From contig CAWCPV010000007.1 of assembly GCA_963797555.1 (NCBI GenBank), positions 64,001-128,000 on the forward strand: a stretch of 64,000 nt of DNA. The letters are read 5' to 3'. This document shows, piece by piece, positions 23,249 through 34,405 of the stretch (the first letter of the stretch is position 1; each line of letters starts with the position of its first letter). The DNA comes from an uncultured Gammaproteobacteria bacterium. Its GTDB lineage: Bacteria; Pseudomonadota; Gammaproteobacteria; CAWCPV01. The notes beneath the pieces were generated by a model. It had not been told where the DNA came from and did not search any database. It was given only the letters and a program-made list of their open reading frames with translations. A program made the translations under genes and the position numbers.

Positions 23249-24520
23249 ATGAGCGAAGGGAGGAAGCGCGTACTCTTGGTCACAAGGAATCTCCCTCCCT
23301 TGCAGGGGGGCATGGAGCGCCTGCTCCATCACGTCTATCTGGAGCTTGCCAGGGAGTTCGACGTTCGAGTGATCGGCCCCAAAGGGTGTGAACCTTACCT
23401 CCACCCCCAAACCAGTTGTTATGCCGTTGCACCAGATCCTCTTTCACAGTTCTTGCCGAAAGTCCATTGGCGAGCCGTACAATCCGCAATGCAGTTCAGA
23501 CCGGCACTGATCTTTGCTGGAAGCGGCTTGACGGTCCCCGCAGCCCTGGTCGCCGGGCGCCTGACGCGGTGCCATCGTCGCCGGCTATCTGCATGGCTTG
23601 GATCTAGTAGTCGATAGCCCCGTGTACCAGTCCGTCTTCGTCCCGGCGATGCGATTGTGCGATGGCTTCCTGGTCAACAGCCGTCACACGCAGGCGCTCG
23701 CCTGGGCGGGCGGGCATCGACACCCGGAAGGTGTCGGATTCTCAATCCGGGGGTGGCCCTCCCCCTTTCCCTCTCCCTGCCTCGGGGGAATTCCGGAACC
23801 GCCTGGGTCTTGGGGACAGGCCGATATTGCTGAGCGCTGGCCGCCTGACCGCCCGCAAAGGGATCGGGGAGTTTATCCGCCATGGCCTCCCTCGGGTCGT
23901 GGATGAGTTGCAAGATGTGGTCTTTGTGGTGATCGGAGAGGAGGCCAAAGACGCCGCACGGAAGGACCAGAGGGTCAGGGCCGGCATTGTCGACGCGGCT
24001 CGTGCCCATGGGCTGGAGAAGAATGTCCTGTTGTTGGGTGCGGTGGACGACGACACCCTGTCGCAGGCTTATGCTTCCAGCCAGGTACTGGTGTTTCCGG
24101 TCCTGGAGGCGGAAGGCGACGTGGAGGGTTTTGGGATGGTCGCGGTGGAGGCGGCGGCCCATGGTCTGCCCACGGTGGCTTTCGCAGTGGGCGGGATTCC
24201 CGATGCGGTCGAGGAGGGGGTGTCCGGCTCCCTGATACCGTCCGGGCGACTACCGCCTGATGGCCAAGGCCCTGCTCGGCTATTTGAGGAAAGACGTCGC
24301 GGGCGTAAGCGCCACGAGCTGCCGCGCCTTTTCCGAGCGTTTCTCCTGGGAACGATTCGGCGAACGGCTGCGGCAGATCTGCGGGGAATGGATCGGCATC
24401 GCAAGGAGAACGACATGGCGAAGACTGAGCTGCAGGTCGGCTTCTCCCGGCTATACGGTGAGGCGGCCTTCGACGCGGCTGCCAGAGAAAGAAAGGCGCG
24501 TAAGGTCCTGGCGATCCTGA
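23249..24520 (+). CDS. GT4 glycosyltransferase, several frameshifts
   Basis: VLLVTRNLPPLQGGMERL; GRLTARKG; GDVEGFGMVAVEAAAHGLP; FSWERFGERL in successive frames. Confidence 0.82.
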
Positions 24521-25198
24521 GGGATTGCCTGGGAGATCTGAGTGCCCTCGAGGCATTGGACATAGGCTGCTCTACCGGGATTCATGACCAGGCTGTACGC
24601 CATGAATTTCAAGACCGTGGTAGGGACGGACGTGGACGAGCCGGCGGTGCGTTTTGCCGCTGGACGTAATGTTCTGCCCAACCTCTTCTGGACGGTCCAG
24701 GACTCGCAGCACCTGGGTTTCCGGGACGAGAGTTTCGACGTGATCACATGCACCCACATCTACGAGCACGTGCCGGATGCCGCTCGCCTGATGGACGAGA
24801 TCTACCGGCTGCTGAGGTGCGGGGGTGTGAGCTTCTTCTCCGCAGGCAATCGCCTCAGCCTGATTGAGCCCCACTACAGGCTGCCCTTATTGTCCGTTAT
24901 CCCAAAATGGCTGGCCCACAAGTATTTGAGGCTGGCCGGACGGGGGGACCATTACTACGAGAACCACCGGAGCCTCATGGGACTGCGAAGACTCGTGTCC
25001 CGGTTCGAGGTGATCGACTACACGCTTAAAGTGGTGCAAGATCCTGAAACATTTCATATGGAAGACCTGGTTGTGCCTGGCAGCGTCAAGCAGCGACTTG
25101 CTCTCGCGATACTCAGGATGGCCTATTGGTTATGCCCCACTTATCTGTGGGTTCTGAGGAAGCATCAACCTCCTCACAAGGCGGGGCGGGACCAATAG
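24415..25198 (+). CDS. Class I SAM-dependent methyltransferase, frameshift near 24580
   Basis: GGAG RBS; LDIGCSTG; FRDESFDVITCTHIYEHVPD; EPHYRLP. Confidence 0.82.
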
Positions 25199-25231
25199 GC
25201 AAACTCGCTGCGGCCATGATCCTACTTTGAT

Positions 25232-26482
25232 CTAAACCAGAGGCGTGGCCGCTAGCAGCGCTTCATCCTCCATGCTCAACGGGCGCCCGGCCAGGCGGCG
25301 GTAGTGGGCACGGAACATCCGCGCGGTCCGCGCCCACGTGAACTGGGCGACTTTCTCGCGACCGCGCTCTACAAGTTCCCTGCACAGGGCCTCGTCTGTC
25401 CACAGTTGCTCTATGGACCGAGCGATGTCGGACGCGGCGTTTGGGTCGAAGATGAGCGCCGCTGCGCCCGCCTGGCGCGGGAGCGAGGTTACGTTGGAGC
25501 AGGCAGCCGGGGTTTCTGCCAAAAAGGCCTCGAATAGGGGGAAACTGGCAGCCTCGAATTTGCTGGGTATCACCACCGCCCGCGCCAGTCTGTAAAGGCA
25601 CTGCAATTCGAGCGGCTTCACAAAGCCAAGGAATCGGGCCTGCTTTTCCAGCCGCAGTTGTTTTACGCGAGCCTCGATCTGGCCAAAAAAGGCGTTCTGG
25701 GCACCGCAACAGACCAGGGGTACCTCGAGTTTCCGATGCGCGCGCAACAACGCCAGTGCCTCCAACAGGCCGATGTGATTCTTGTGCGGCCATGTCTGTG
25801 CGGCGTAAAAAACAAACCCTTCGGGCAAAGAAAACTTAGTCTTGGTATGCGCTAGATCTTCGGCAGTAGGAAGGGGGTATGCGGCGGCGGCGGGTGCCAG
25901 CGGCACCACCTGTACCTTCTCCTCGGATAACGTGTAGTGACGCAAAACGTCGTTCCTCACCCAGGACGAGGCGACCGGGACCAGACTAGCCCGTGCGCAA
26001 TAGACGCGATAACGAATCTCGCGGATACGCCGAACGCCGCGGCTGAAATACTGCGGCAGGTGCAGGTGTTGCAGGTCATGGGGATGGTACAGGCTCGGAG
26101 TGTCGGTCAGAAAAGCCTTTTGCCGCGTAAAGTGGATGATGTCGGCGTGTATACCCGCGAGGACATGGTCCTGTTGGAAGAGGCGCGGAAGCGGCCGACC
26201 GCCAACCAGGCCGATGCGGGAAAGGAGGGAGAACAAAGTCAGGAGGGGTAAGTTGCGCCATTCCTCCCAGCGTGCGGGGCGCGGCAACGCCACGATGCGG
26301 CACGGGCCGCCGACGTAAGGGCGTAGCCACTGGTCTGCCCCCTGGTACGTGAGGAAAACATACTCCTCCTGGTCACCGTCCAGCGTCCCCAGGCCAGTCG
26401 CCAGACCGATGTTCAACTGTTCGATACCACCCGATTGACCCTCGACTAGGCGGGCATCAAGACAGATTCGTAGTTTTCTCAT
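25232..26482 (-). CDS. GT4 glycosyltransferase
   Basis: PHDLQHLHLPQYF, WPHKNH, PSKFEAASFPLFEA, CSNVTSLP. Confidence 0.9.
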   Translation of the reverse strand: MRKLRICLDARLVEGQSGGIEQLNIGLATGLGTLDGDQEEYVFLTYQGADQWLRPYVGGPCRIVALPRPARWEEWRNLPLLTLFSLLSRIGLVGGRPLPRLFQQDHVLAGIHADIIHFTRQKAFLTDTPSLYHPHDLQHLHLPQYFSRGVRRIREIRYRVYCARASLVPVASSWVRNDVLRHYTLSEEKVQVVPLAPAAAAYPLPTAEDLAHTKTKFSLPEGFVFYAAQTWPHKNHIGLLEALALLRAHRKLEVPLVCCGAQNAFFGQIEARVKQLRLEKQARFLGFVKPLELQCLYRLARAVVIPSKFEAASFPLFEAFLAETPAACSNVTSLPRQAGAAALIFDPNAASDIARSIEQLWTDEALCRELVERGREKVAQFTWARTARMFRAHYRRLAGRPLSMEDEALLAATPLV

Positions 26483-26579
26483 CCACGGAGGCGGTCTTTG
26501 CAACGGAGGGTGCACGGAACGCGCGATACGGTCCCGAGGGCGTCTGGGCCGGGCGGCCGAGTTCTCCCATCCGCCCGTT

Positions 26580-27194
26580 TCACCGGTTGCCCGGCTGCGC
26601 GGCGAGGAGGGCGGCTTCCTTTTCCAACAACTCCCTCGAACGTGCCCTCAACCGCTTCGCGGGTATGCCCGCGTGGATACCCCACGGGGGCAGGCTCTTG
26701 GCCACCAGCGACAGGGCGCCGATCGCGGAGCCCTCGCCGATGGTTACGCCGGGGAGGATGATGCTGCCAGCGCCGACGATCACGTGCCGTTCCAGAGTTA
26801 CCGCGCCCCTCTGTGCGCCGGTGTACAGCTCCGGTACCGTTGGATTGGTCATGTGGCGTCCGGAGTAATCATCGCTGCGAGTGAAGATCTTCACGCCTGA
26901 TGACAGGGTACTGAAATCAGCCATCAGTATCCCCTCCGCGGCAGCGAGCAGACAGTGCGACGCGATGTGGATATACGAGCCGAGAGTAACCGCTCCGGTA
27001 GCAATGATGCTGGCGAAGGCATCGATTCTGATATTGCTGCCCAGGGTGATGTTTTCGATACCGTGCAGATTGACCTGCTGATGGATGCGGACGTTACTGC
27101 CCAAGTTCTTAAAGCCAGCGTGAGCCAACTCATCCTCGGCGTAGTAGCGCGACGAAAAGAGTGTTTCAAGCACCGTGTGTGTAGTCTCCGCCAC
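26580..27194 (-). CDS. Hexapeptide-repeat sugar N/O-acyltransferase (start approximate)
   Basis: ITLGSNIRID, SDDYSG, HVIVGAGSIILPGVTIGEGSAIGALSLV, GIPAK. Confidence 0.88.
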   Translation of the reverse strand: MAETTHTVLETLFSSRYYAEDELAHAGFKNLGSNVRIHQQVNLHGIENITLGSNIRIDAFASIIATGAVTLGSYIHIASHCLLAAAEGILMADFSTLSSGVKIFTRSDDYSGRHMTNPTVPELYTGAQRGAVTLERHVIVGAGSIILPGVTIGEGSAIGALSLVAKSLPPWGIHAGIPAKRLRARSRELLEKEAALLAAQPGNR

Positions 27195-27246
27195 GGCCTT
27201 ATTCAGCACCCAGCGCCCGGTAACCCCCTCGCCCAGCGCTGCCTGC

Positions 27247-28362
27247 CTACCGATGGAAGTCGCGGACGCATTGGGCGATACCGGCAATGTCCTCAGTACT
27301 CAGTGAGCCATGTGTGGGGAGGTTCATCCCTTGGGCGCCGAGTTGGTCGGTGAACCGGAGTTCCTCGCCGCGTTGGCGCGACTTTTCTCGGAAGGGCGGC
27401 AGATGGTGCAGGGGGATGAAGAAGGGCCGGGTCTCGATACCACGCTCGGCCAAGTCGGCTATGAGTTGGTCGCGGCTGCGACCGTATGCAGCCTCATCCA
27501 CGGTGATACAAAATAGCCAGGGTGCGGGCTGGGCCCAGGGCGCGCCAGGTTGAAAGCCGATACCGGGCACAGTGCCCAGAAGCTCCCGATAGAGGGCGAA
27601 GACCCGGCGCCGACACGCGATGATCTGCTCCCGCCGTTCCAACTGCGCGCAGAGTATGGCGCAGGCGACGTTGGTAAGGCGGAAGTTGTACCCGGTCACG
27701 GGAAAGTAGTAGCGCCGTTGGGGGTCCATGCCTTGACCGCGCAGCGTGCGTATGCGGAGTTCCAGTTGCGGGTCGCTGACGGTGAGGGCACCACCCTCGC
27801 CGCACGAAAAGATCTTGTTGCCGTAGAACGAAAACGTAGCAACGCGTGCAAGATCCCCGACGGAGTGTCCCTTATACTGCGCCGTATGGGCTTCGGCGGC
27901 GTCTTCGACGACCCACAGGCCGTGTATCGCCGCGACGTGGTTGATGGCGTCCATATCGGCAGGGTGCCCGTATAGGTGGACCGCGATAATGCCCCTGGTG
28001 CGCGGGGTGATGTTTTCTTCGAGGAGCCGAGGGTCAATGCACCAGGTCTCCGGATCCACGTCCACGAAGATGGGTTCCGCACCGACATAACGTACTGCGT
28101 TCGCGGTCGCGATGTACGTGAGCGAGGGCACCAGCACCTCATCCCCCGGTCTCACGTCCAAAGCCAGTAACGCCAAGTGAAGGGCTACGGTACCGTTGCA
28201 CACGCTGATCGCACCGCGCGTTCCACACATCTGCGCGTACTCGGCCTCGAAACGTTGCACAAACACGCCGGTGGACGATATCCAACTGCTGCGGATCGCT
28301 TCCACCACGTAGCGCTCTTCGTTCCCGGAAAGGTCAGGTGCCGCCAGGGGGATGTTAAGCAT
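27247..28362 (-). CDS. DegT/DnrJ/EryC1/StrS aminotransferase (perosamine-synthase-like)
   Basis: WISSTG, NGTVALHLAL, EDAAEAH, FSFYGNKIFSCGEGG, GYNFRLTN. Confidence 0.93.
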   Translation of the reverse strand: MLNIPLAAPDLSGNEERYVVEAIRSSWISSTGVFVQRFEAEYAQMCGTRGAISVCNGTVALHLALLALDVRPGDEVLVPSLTYIATANAVRYVGAEPIFVDVDPETWCIDPRLLEENITPRTRGIIAVHLYGHPADMDAINHVAAIHGLWVVEDAAEAHTAQYKGHSVGDLARVATFSFYGNKIFSCGEGGALTVSDPQLELRIRTLRGQGMDPQRRYYFPVTGYNFRLTNVACAILCAQLERREQIIACRRRVFALYRELLGTVPGIGFQPGAPWAQPAPWLFCITVDEAAYGRSRDQLIADLAERGIETRPFFIPLHHLPPFREKSRQRGEELRFTDQLGAQGMNLPTHGSLSTEDIAGIAQCVRDFHR

Positions 28363-28370
28363 AGAGGTTT

Positions 28371-29312
28371 CTACGTTATCTCTGTACCGTTGCGACGCTT
28401 TCTCTTGGCGACCACCAGACCGCACACTCCCATCCCCGGCATGGCCTCCCAGCTCGGGAACTCTCGGAAGTGGTCGGCGATCTCGCGGGGGTCGTCGACA
28501 GAGCAGGCCTGAGCTTGTTCCAGCCAACGTCGCTCATAATCGACATACAGTCCGCGCCGGGTCTCGCCGAACCAGCGAAGGCAGGTCGCAGGTTGGCCTA
28601 TGGGGTCGAGCAAACGTCGTTTGATGGTCGCTTCGTCGTAGATGCGCTGGAAGAAATAGCTCCCATCGGGGCATGGAGCCTGGGTCCCGTAGATGTTCTG
28701 GCCACGGTACTCCTCGCGGAACGCGCGGTCCACCGGTACCGTCAGAATCAGCCGCCCACCCTCCGCCAGCGCTCCATAGAGGAGGCGCATCGCGGCGGTG
28801 TCGTCATGCTTGTCGTGGATGTGCTCGACCACCGAGATGGACCAAATGCAGTCGTAGTGTCCAGGCATCTCGGCCAGTGTCCCCACGTCCTGGGCGAGGG
28901 TCCGCACGTTACGGATGCCTAGCCGTGAAATCACCGCACGGGTGTGGGTGAGGTCCCCGAGATCCGGGTTCAGCATCGTTATCGTGCGCGCCGGGAAGTA
29001 CGTGGCGACGTACAGGGAAAACAGACGGGGCGAGCTGAGGTCGAGACACTCGGTGGCAGTCGCCGGCACGTTGGCTAAAGCAAAGGGAAACTCGAAGTAA
29101 CGTACGATGTTGACCGGTGTCAATAGGTAACCCACGCCACTCGATAGTCCTCGGCGTAACAAGCGCCAGCCCAGGCGGCGCCCGAATTCGGCGAACTCCA
29201 CGCCGGGTATCCCACGTGCCGCGCCGTAGCTGCAGGCTGCGCGCGCACGGGCGTAGAGACGCGGTAACCGTACGGTAGTCGCGAGATGCCGGTAGGCAAG
29301 TTGGCGCATCAC
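28371..29312 (-). CDS. Putative SAM-dependent methyltransferase
   Basis: RYFEFPF, CLDLSSP, YDCIWSISVVEHI, GGRLILTVP. Confidence 0.75.
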   Translation of the reverse strand: MMRQLAYRHLATTVRLPRLYARARAACSYGAARGIPGVEFAEFGRRLGWRLLRRGLSSGVGYLLTPVNIVRYFEFPFALANVPATATECLDLSSPRLFSLYVATYFPARTITMLNPDLGDLTHTRAVISRLGIRNVRTLAQDVGTLAEMPGHYDCIWSISVVEHIHDKHDDTAAMRLLYGALAEGGRLILTVPVDRAFREEYRGQNIYGTQAPCPDGSYFFQRIYDEATIKRRLLDPIGQPATCLRWFGETRRGLYVDYERRWLEQAQACSVDDPREIADHFREFPSWEAMPGMGVCGLVVAKRKRRNGTEIT

Positions 29313-30670
29313 AGTCGTGCCAGCAGCCGGGGGATGAACCAGGCGAGGGGCAGCAAGCAGAAAAGCGAATAGGCCAGCACCGTCCCCCAGACGACTCCTG
29401 GCACCCCGATGAGCCGAGCCAGCAGGATTTTGCTAAAGACTGCGGCAACCGCCATCAGCAGTGCAAGGGTCACCTGGAGGCGGACGACGTTGGCGCCGTT
29501 GAGGAACATGGACAGGGCGTTCCCCAACGCCTCCAGGACTTTCCAGACCCCGCAGCCGATCAGCAGCAACGAGGAGGGACTAACCCTCCCGTCGGTCCAG
29601 ATGGAGATAATCTCCCGCCCGAAGAGTATCAATAACAGAGAAAAGATAGCACTGAAGCTGACGGCCAGGTCCGCGGAGCGGCGGAGGGTTTGTCTGACCC
29701 ACGCAACGTCGCGCCGCACCAGCGCCTCGGCGTAGGCCGGCCACAGGGGTGTCAGGGCCATCCCCAGCAAAGCGGACACGATTCCGAATAGCTGCACGGT
29801 TACGGCATATTCGGTGACGGCCGCGGCCCCGAGGACCCGTGCGGCAATCAGGTTGTCCGAGGCGAAGGCAAGCGCCACCGCCACCTGAAGCACAAAAAAC
29901 AGGGAGCCCAGGTGGATGATGCGCTTCACTACCGGCCGCGAAATGTCCCGGACGCTCGGCCGCAACCAGGGCCGCCGATAACGGAAGAGCACCACCCCAT
30001 TGGCGGCGCCGGTCAGGAGCGGCGCTCCCACCAGGCCCACGACCAGCCACGGCAGTCCGGCGTGGAAGTGGATGGCGCCGAGAACTCCGAGCAGCCCAAG
30101 CAGGTTGCCACCGCTCTGCCACAGGTTGTTGACGTATCCTTCCTGATAGCCCATCTGCACGCGCTGGACCACTGCGCAGGGTAGATTGAGAGCGAAACAC
30201 ACCACCAAGACCGCGACGGCGGGACCGGCCTCACGCGCAGCCGCGGCCGAGCTGACATTGAGCAAACGACCCCAGGGTACCAGGGGATAGGTGACAGCGA
30301 AGACCAGGATCATACCTAGGGCTAGCGCCCCGAGCATGGCCAGCCCGCTGGCAACGCACGTGCGCGCGAGTTCCCGATCGTCCCGCCCATTCGCTTCGGC
30401 GATGGCATTCATCAGCCCATACCCCAGACCGAGGTCGGCGAATGCCAGCACCGTGGTCAGGGAGGCGATGGTCATCCACAGTCCGTAACGCTCCTCGCCC
30501 AAGTACCCCAGAGCCAGCGGCACCGAGATCAGCACGGTGATAAGGTTGATCGCCTTGGGCAGGACCGCGCTGAGCGCCGTCCGGGCAATCCGCGAGTGCC
30601 GCTCCCGGGCGCGGTCCACCGCGGCTGCGGTGGAGGCAAGGCCCGCGGCTAGGCGCCAGGGGCCGTCCAC
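29309..30670 (-). CDS. Wzx-like oligosaccharide flippase (start approximate)
   Basis: LGYLGEERYGLWMTIAS..FADLGLG; SDNLI; PLWPAYAEA; many TM helices. Confidence 0.87.
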   Translation of the reverse strand: MDGPWRLAAGLASTAAAVDRARERHSRIARTALSAVLPKAINLITVLISVPLALGYLGEERYGLWMTIASLTTVLAFADLGLGYGLMNAIAEANGRDDRELARTCVASGLAMLGALALGMILVFAVTYPLVPWGRLLNVSSAAAAREAGPAVAVLVVCFALNLPCAVVQRVQMGYQEGYVNNLWQSGGNLLGLLGVLGAIHFHAGLPWLVVGLVGAPLLTGAANGVVLFRYRRPWLRPSVRDISRPVVKRIIHLGSLFFVLQVAVALAFASDNLIAARVLGAAAVTEYAVTVQLFGIVSALLGMALTPLWPAYAEALVRRDVAWVRQTLRRSADLAVSFSAIFSLLLILFGREIISIWTDGRVSPSSLLLIGCGVWKVLEALGNALSMFLNGANVVRLQVTLALLMAVAAVFSKILLARLIGVPGVVWGTVLAYSLFCLLPLAWFIPRLLARL

Positions 30671-30769
30671 GGTGCAGAGGGGCGACAGCGGGCTGTGGTC
30701 GCCGGGAGCGCTAGTCCCCGGTCCGGACTGGCGGCCTGAGCACGATACGCTGACCCGAGGCGCCGTCCA

Positions 30770-30945
30770 CTGGAATTCCAGAGACGCAACCAGAACTGCG
30801 CCAGTATGTCCGTGCTGTCGTACCGTGTGGCCTTGGCGCGGGCTTCCGTCAGGCTCGTGTATCGGCCACGAAATGGCGTGGCGCGCCCCGTCCGTTCTCC
30901 CGCCATCCGCGGCAACACAAGGGGCAACCATTTGCCAGCGGTGCG
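30770..30945 (-). pseudogene. N-terminal remnant resembling TIGR04325-type polysaccharide-locus methyltransferase
   Basis: KWLP...FRGRYTSLTEARAKATRYDSTDILAQ, recalled similarity to FxGxYxSWxEA..GYD..IL. Confidence 0.45.
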
Positions 30946-31008
30946 CCTATAATCTGCGGAACTCGCCATCAGTCGATCATGCTCTGAGCCCTCGGGCTCA
31001 ACCATCTT

Positions 31009-32103
31009 ATGAGATTGCTGTTTCTGTACAAGCGCTGCCCGCAGGGTCGGGATCTCATCCAGCGTCCTTATGGGCGCTTTTATCATCTTCCGCGCCAGCT
31101 CGCCGCACGCGGACACGAGGTGCACGCGCTGCTGCTGGGCTATCGCCGGGAACCCGATGTGAACATGGTTCGAGATGGCGTTCACTGGATGGTCCGCAGC
31201 CTCATTCCATACGGCCCCTTGCCTTACTGGCACGCCGCCCGTTCCCTCACCCGCGCGGTCGGGCCGGACTGGATTATAGGCTTTTCGGACACCTATTTCG
31301 GCATCCTGGCGCACCGCCTTGCGGAACAGTATGGGGCGCGCTCCTGGATTGACGCCTACGACAACTACGAAAGCTATATGCCGTGGGCAAAGCCTCTACA
31401 CTGGCTATGGCGGCATGCGCTGTCGAAGGCAACCAGGATTTCCGCCGCAGGCCCCGGCCTTGCGCGACTGATGAGCCGTGATCGAGCCGCTGACCACGCC
31501 CTGGTGTTGCCCATGGCGGCGGATCCCGTGTTCGCCCCTCTGGTGGACCGCCGTGCCGTACGGCGTCGGCTTGGGTTGCAGCAAGAGCAAACACTGGTGG
31601 GCTACTGCGGATCCTTGTTCCCTAACCGCGGCCTGGAAGTGTTGTTCGCCGCCATGGAGCGCGTGCGCGCTCTAAGGCCTGAGGTTTCATTGGTGCTATC
31701 GGGTAGGCGGCACCCCCGCATCACCCTGCCTACGCACACGCTGTGGTTGGGCTACATTGAAGACGAGGTTATGCCTGACTTGGTCGGCAGCCTTGACTTG
31801 CTCACGGTAATCAACCAGGACTCCTCCTTCGGGCGCCACAGCCACCCCGTCAAGCTGTACGAAGCCATGCGCTGTGGCGTACCGGTGGCGGCGACCCGCA
31901 CCCCGGCGACCTCATGGATTCTAGCCAACCACCCGGAGATGCTCGCGGCCCCGGGCGATGCCCAAGACCTTGCCAGGGTGATCGGTACCAACCTCGAGCG
32001 ACGAGGATTTGTCGACTATCCGGACCAAACCGACTGGGAAGGTGTATCCCTGCGTTTTGAGGCAGCTTTGCAGGAACCCTTGCCTGCGCGTGGCCACGGA
32101 TGA
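31009..32103 (+). CDS. GT4 glycosyltransferase
   Basis: GYCGSLFPNRG, PVKLYEAMRCGVPVAAT. Confidence 0.88.
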   Translation: MRLLFLYKRCPQGRDLIQRPYGRFYHLPRQLAARGHEVHALLLGYRREPDVNMVRDGVHWMVRSLIPYGPLPYWHAARSLTRAVGPDWIIGFSDTYFGILAHRLAEQYGARSWIDAYDNYESYMPWAKPLHWLWRHALSKATRISAAGPGLARLMSRDRAADHALVLPMAADPVFAPLVDRRAVRRRLGLQQEQTLVGYCGSLFPNRGLEVLFAAMERVRALRPEVSLVLSGRRHPRITLPTHTLWLGYIEDEVMPDLVGSLDLLTVINQDSSFGRHSHPVKLYEAMRCGVPVAATRTPATSWILANHPEMLAAPGDAQDLARVIGTNLERRGFVDYPDQTDWEGVSLRFEAALQEPLPARGHG

Positions 32104-32390
32104 TGTCTCTCGGACGCTCGCGTAATGTCCTGGCCGGCTGAGAGTGGGCCGGCTGGCTGGGATCGCCATTAGCTAGCCGATTTTTCAGAGGATCCACCCC
32201 ACCTTGCATCGCCTCGAAGCTCCACTGTTCTTCTCCAAGGCGTCCCGGCGGGTAGCCCGTAGCCCAGACGCTGGCGTCAGCCGGAATGCGGAGACCCTAC
32301 GCTTTTCGCCGACACGGCCCGCAAGCGTTATTCTTCCCATCGCTTCCGCCCCGCTCCTGGGCAGAGAGGGCGTGCTAACGGCGCCCAAGC

Positions 32391-32953
32391 TCAATCCGCC
32401 CACAGGCCGGCCATCTCCAGGGAGATGGCGTCGAAGGGCTCGATGCGGACCGCGTCGTCGCCGACCCACGCGCCGAGCAGGAGCCAGCGGCCTTCGCGGT
32501 TAGTGTAGGCCTCCAGCAGGCGGGCATCGGGGTCGATGAGCCAGCAGTGAGATGTGCCGGCGGCGGCATAGCGCGGGAGCTTGAGCACCCGGTCGGTGCG
32601 GGCCGTAGCGGGCGAGAGGACCTCGCAAACCCAGTCGGGCGCGAGCTCGAACCACGCCGTCTGGGCAGCTTCGGCATCCGCTCGCGCCGCCAGCCGACGA
32701 GGTCGGGTACCAGGATGTCTTCGCCGAGATGCAGTTCGGGCTCGTCGAGGATCCACCAGCCGCCGGGGCCGCTGCCCCGGCCTCTTCCAAAGGGACCTAC
32801 CAGCTCGCCGCCGAGCAGCGAAGCTGCCAGTGCATGGCGCGGCGCGGGCCGCGGGTGGGTGTGGATTTCGCCCGCGATGATCTCGCCGACCACGTTGTCC
32901 GGCAGATCGAAGAGGTCCTCGTAGCGGGCGCGGCGTCCTGCGGGCTCGGTCAT
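32391..32953 (-). CDS. Uma2-family endonuclease copy 1, frameshift near 32660
   Basis: EIIAGE..PRPAPRH, LVPDLVGW, PDWVCEVLSPAT..DR..KL..YA. Confidence 0.88.
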
Positions 32954-33127
32954 GGGGTCGCGTGTCCTGGAGACTGCGCTTCACTGCATTATAGCGGATG
33001 CCATGGTGTTCGCCGCCTCGAGGATCGAGGGGCACATCCTTCCCTCGGGTTCGGTCGCGATGAAAGCCGGCCGCTCGATTTCCCCTGCGCCCCATCGGGG
33101 CTGGCCGCCGGAACCGCTGACATCATG

Positions 33128-33149
33128 GTGCCAATGAATTCGCACCTAC
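33128..33149 (-). repeat. GTAG-type REP element
   Basis: GTAG GTGCGAAT TC ATTGGCAC (one stem mismatch). Confidence 0.8.
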
Positions 33150-33341
33150 CCCCAAAGCGGAGCTAAAGCGCGTGCAGGCGGTTTCGTGTCCTCGGGCTTT
33201 CCCCTGCTTCTGGCTGGATTCCTCCCCGTATTATTTGGCTCTGCGACGCCACTGGCGATTGGCAGGATGTTCGGGATGGCGGTACGCCGACGGTCATGCG
33301 CCGGAACCGCCATCGTATTGCGTATAAGCTGGTTGGGGGTG

Positions 33342-33364
33342 GTAGGGCCGAATTCATTCGGCCC
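33342..33364 (+). repeat. GTAG-type REP element
   Basis: GTAG GGCCGAAT TC ATTCGGCC, perfect stem. Confidence 0.85.
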
Positions 33365-33379
33365 GTCACCTACCTGCGC

Positions 33380-33646
33380 CAATGCGGCGTCCACCAGCGA
33401 TCGGCTCGTTGTCCTCGCACTGCTCCGCTCCCGGAGATAAAGTGCCAGATCGGACCGCTGCGGCCGAGGGCCCGATTGACAGCTCTGGCTGAACGTGCGT
33501 TGACGGCTTCATCACCGCCGCCAGCGCGCTTCCTTCCCCGAGTTGAACTAGCCAATGCCGGTGGTCCGGCATTAGCACCCAGGCGAGCGAATCGACCAGC
33601 CCTTCCTCGTGCACCCTGTGCATCTCCGTGACCACCCGCTGCCCGA
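33380..33646 (-). pseudogene. RAYT (REP-associated tyrosine transposase), central/C-terminal part
   Basis: GQRVVTEMHRVHEEGLVDSLAWVLMPDHRHWLVQLGEG...RSARAVNRALGRSGPIW; HUH motif degraded to HRH. Confidence 0.8.
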
Positions 33647-33744
33647 CGCTGGGCTTCAGCAGCCCGCCGACGGAGTATCGAGCTACGAGCACCACGGACG
33701 AAGAGCAGCGCCACGGTATCGAGGATACCGCGTGCCCTCCTCGT

Positions 33745-34036
33745 GAGGCGAGGCCAGAGCTTGGGACTGCGTGCCATATGAAGCACAGCCAGCACAAGAA
33801 TCCGCGCTGGTTGAACTACGTAAAACAGGGCATAAGGGAATCGCAATAGGACGGCCCGCCGCACCTCGCCATGCACGAGCGCAAACATTCTCAGGGTGGC
33901 CTTGGATTGACTCGAACGAAGACCGAACGGCCGAAAGAAATTCCTCACCCAGCCCAGCCCCGTGCGCCTCGTACCACCTGAATGCAGCAGCCAAATCGCG
34001 CTCGACGCCGCGACGGAAGACTACCGGTAGAATCAT
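33745..34036 (-). CDS. RelE/ParE toxin, frameshift near 33890
   Basis: ERDLAAAFRWYE...GLGEEF; VRRAVLLRFPYALFY...ILVLAVLHMARSPKLW; ATGA overlap with antitoxin. Confidence 0.85.
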
Positions 34037-34254
34037 GAGGCTCGACGGGCCTCGGACAATACCTCTTCCAGGGTCAGAACGTTGGTCGGGTCGCGTTTGT
34101 CCTCGGCCAGCCGTTCTTCGAGAATCGCGATGTGTGCGTCGCTCAGGGGAAGCGACGAGGGATCGATGGCAATGCTTTCCCAGATAAGTTCAACGAGGCG
34201 AAGCCGGTCTTCAACCGGGAGCTTTAGGATTTCCGTTACGTTGACTTCAGCCAT
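34033..34254 (-). CDS. Addiction module antitoxin (TIGR02574-like)
   Basis: EILKLPVEDRLRLVELIWESI...LEERLA. Confidence 0.88.
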   Translation of the reverse strand: MAEVNVTEILKLPVEDRLRLVELIWESIAIDPSSLPLSDAHIAILEERLAEDKRDPTNVLTLEEVLSEARRAS

Positions 34255-34291
34255 AACCACCACCTTACCACTACTGTGTTCAGCGTGCTAA

Positions 34292-34392
34292 GTTTCAGTT
34301 CAGCGAAATACGGGTAGCTCGGTGCGTGGCCGCCGTTATCAGATACACCTGCCCCGGCGCCAGCGGCCCTTGCGCACCTCGTCGTAGGACAT
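34292..34392 (-). pseudogene. RAYT N-terminal part
   Basis: GGAG then MSYDEVRKGR..APGQVYLITAATH..PVF/FAELK across small indels, matching the RAYT LRxGRxSxPGxxYLIT start. Confidence 0.7.
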
Positions 34393-34405
34393 CTCCCAGT
34401 CCGTT

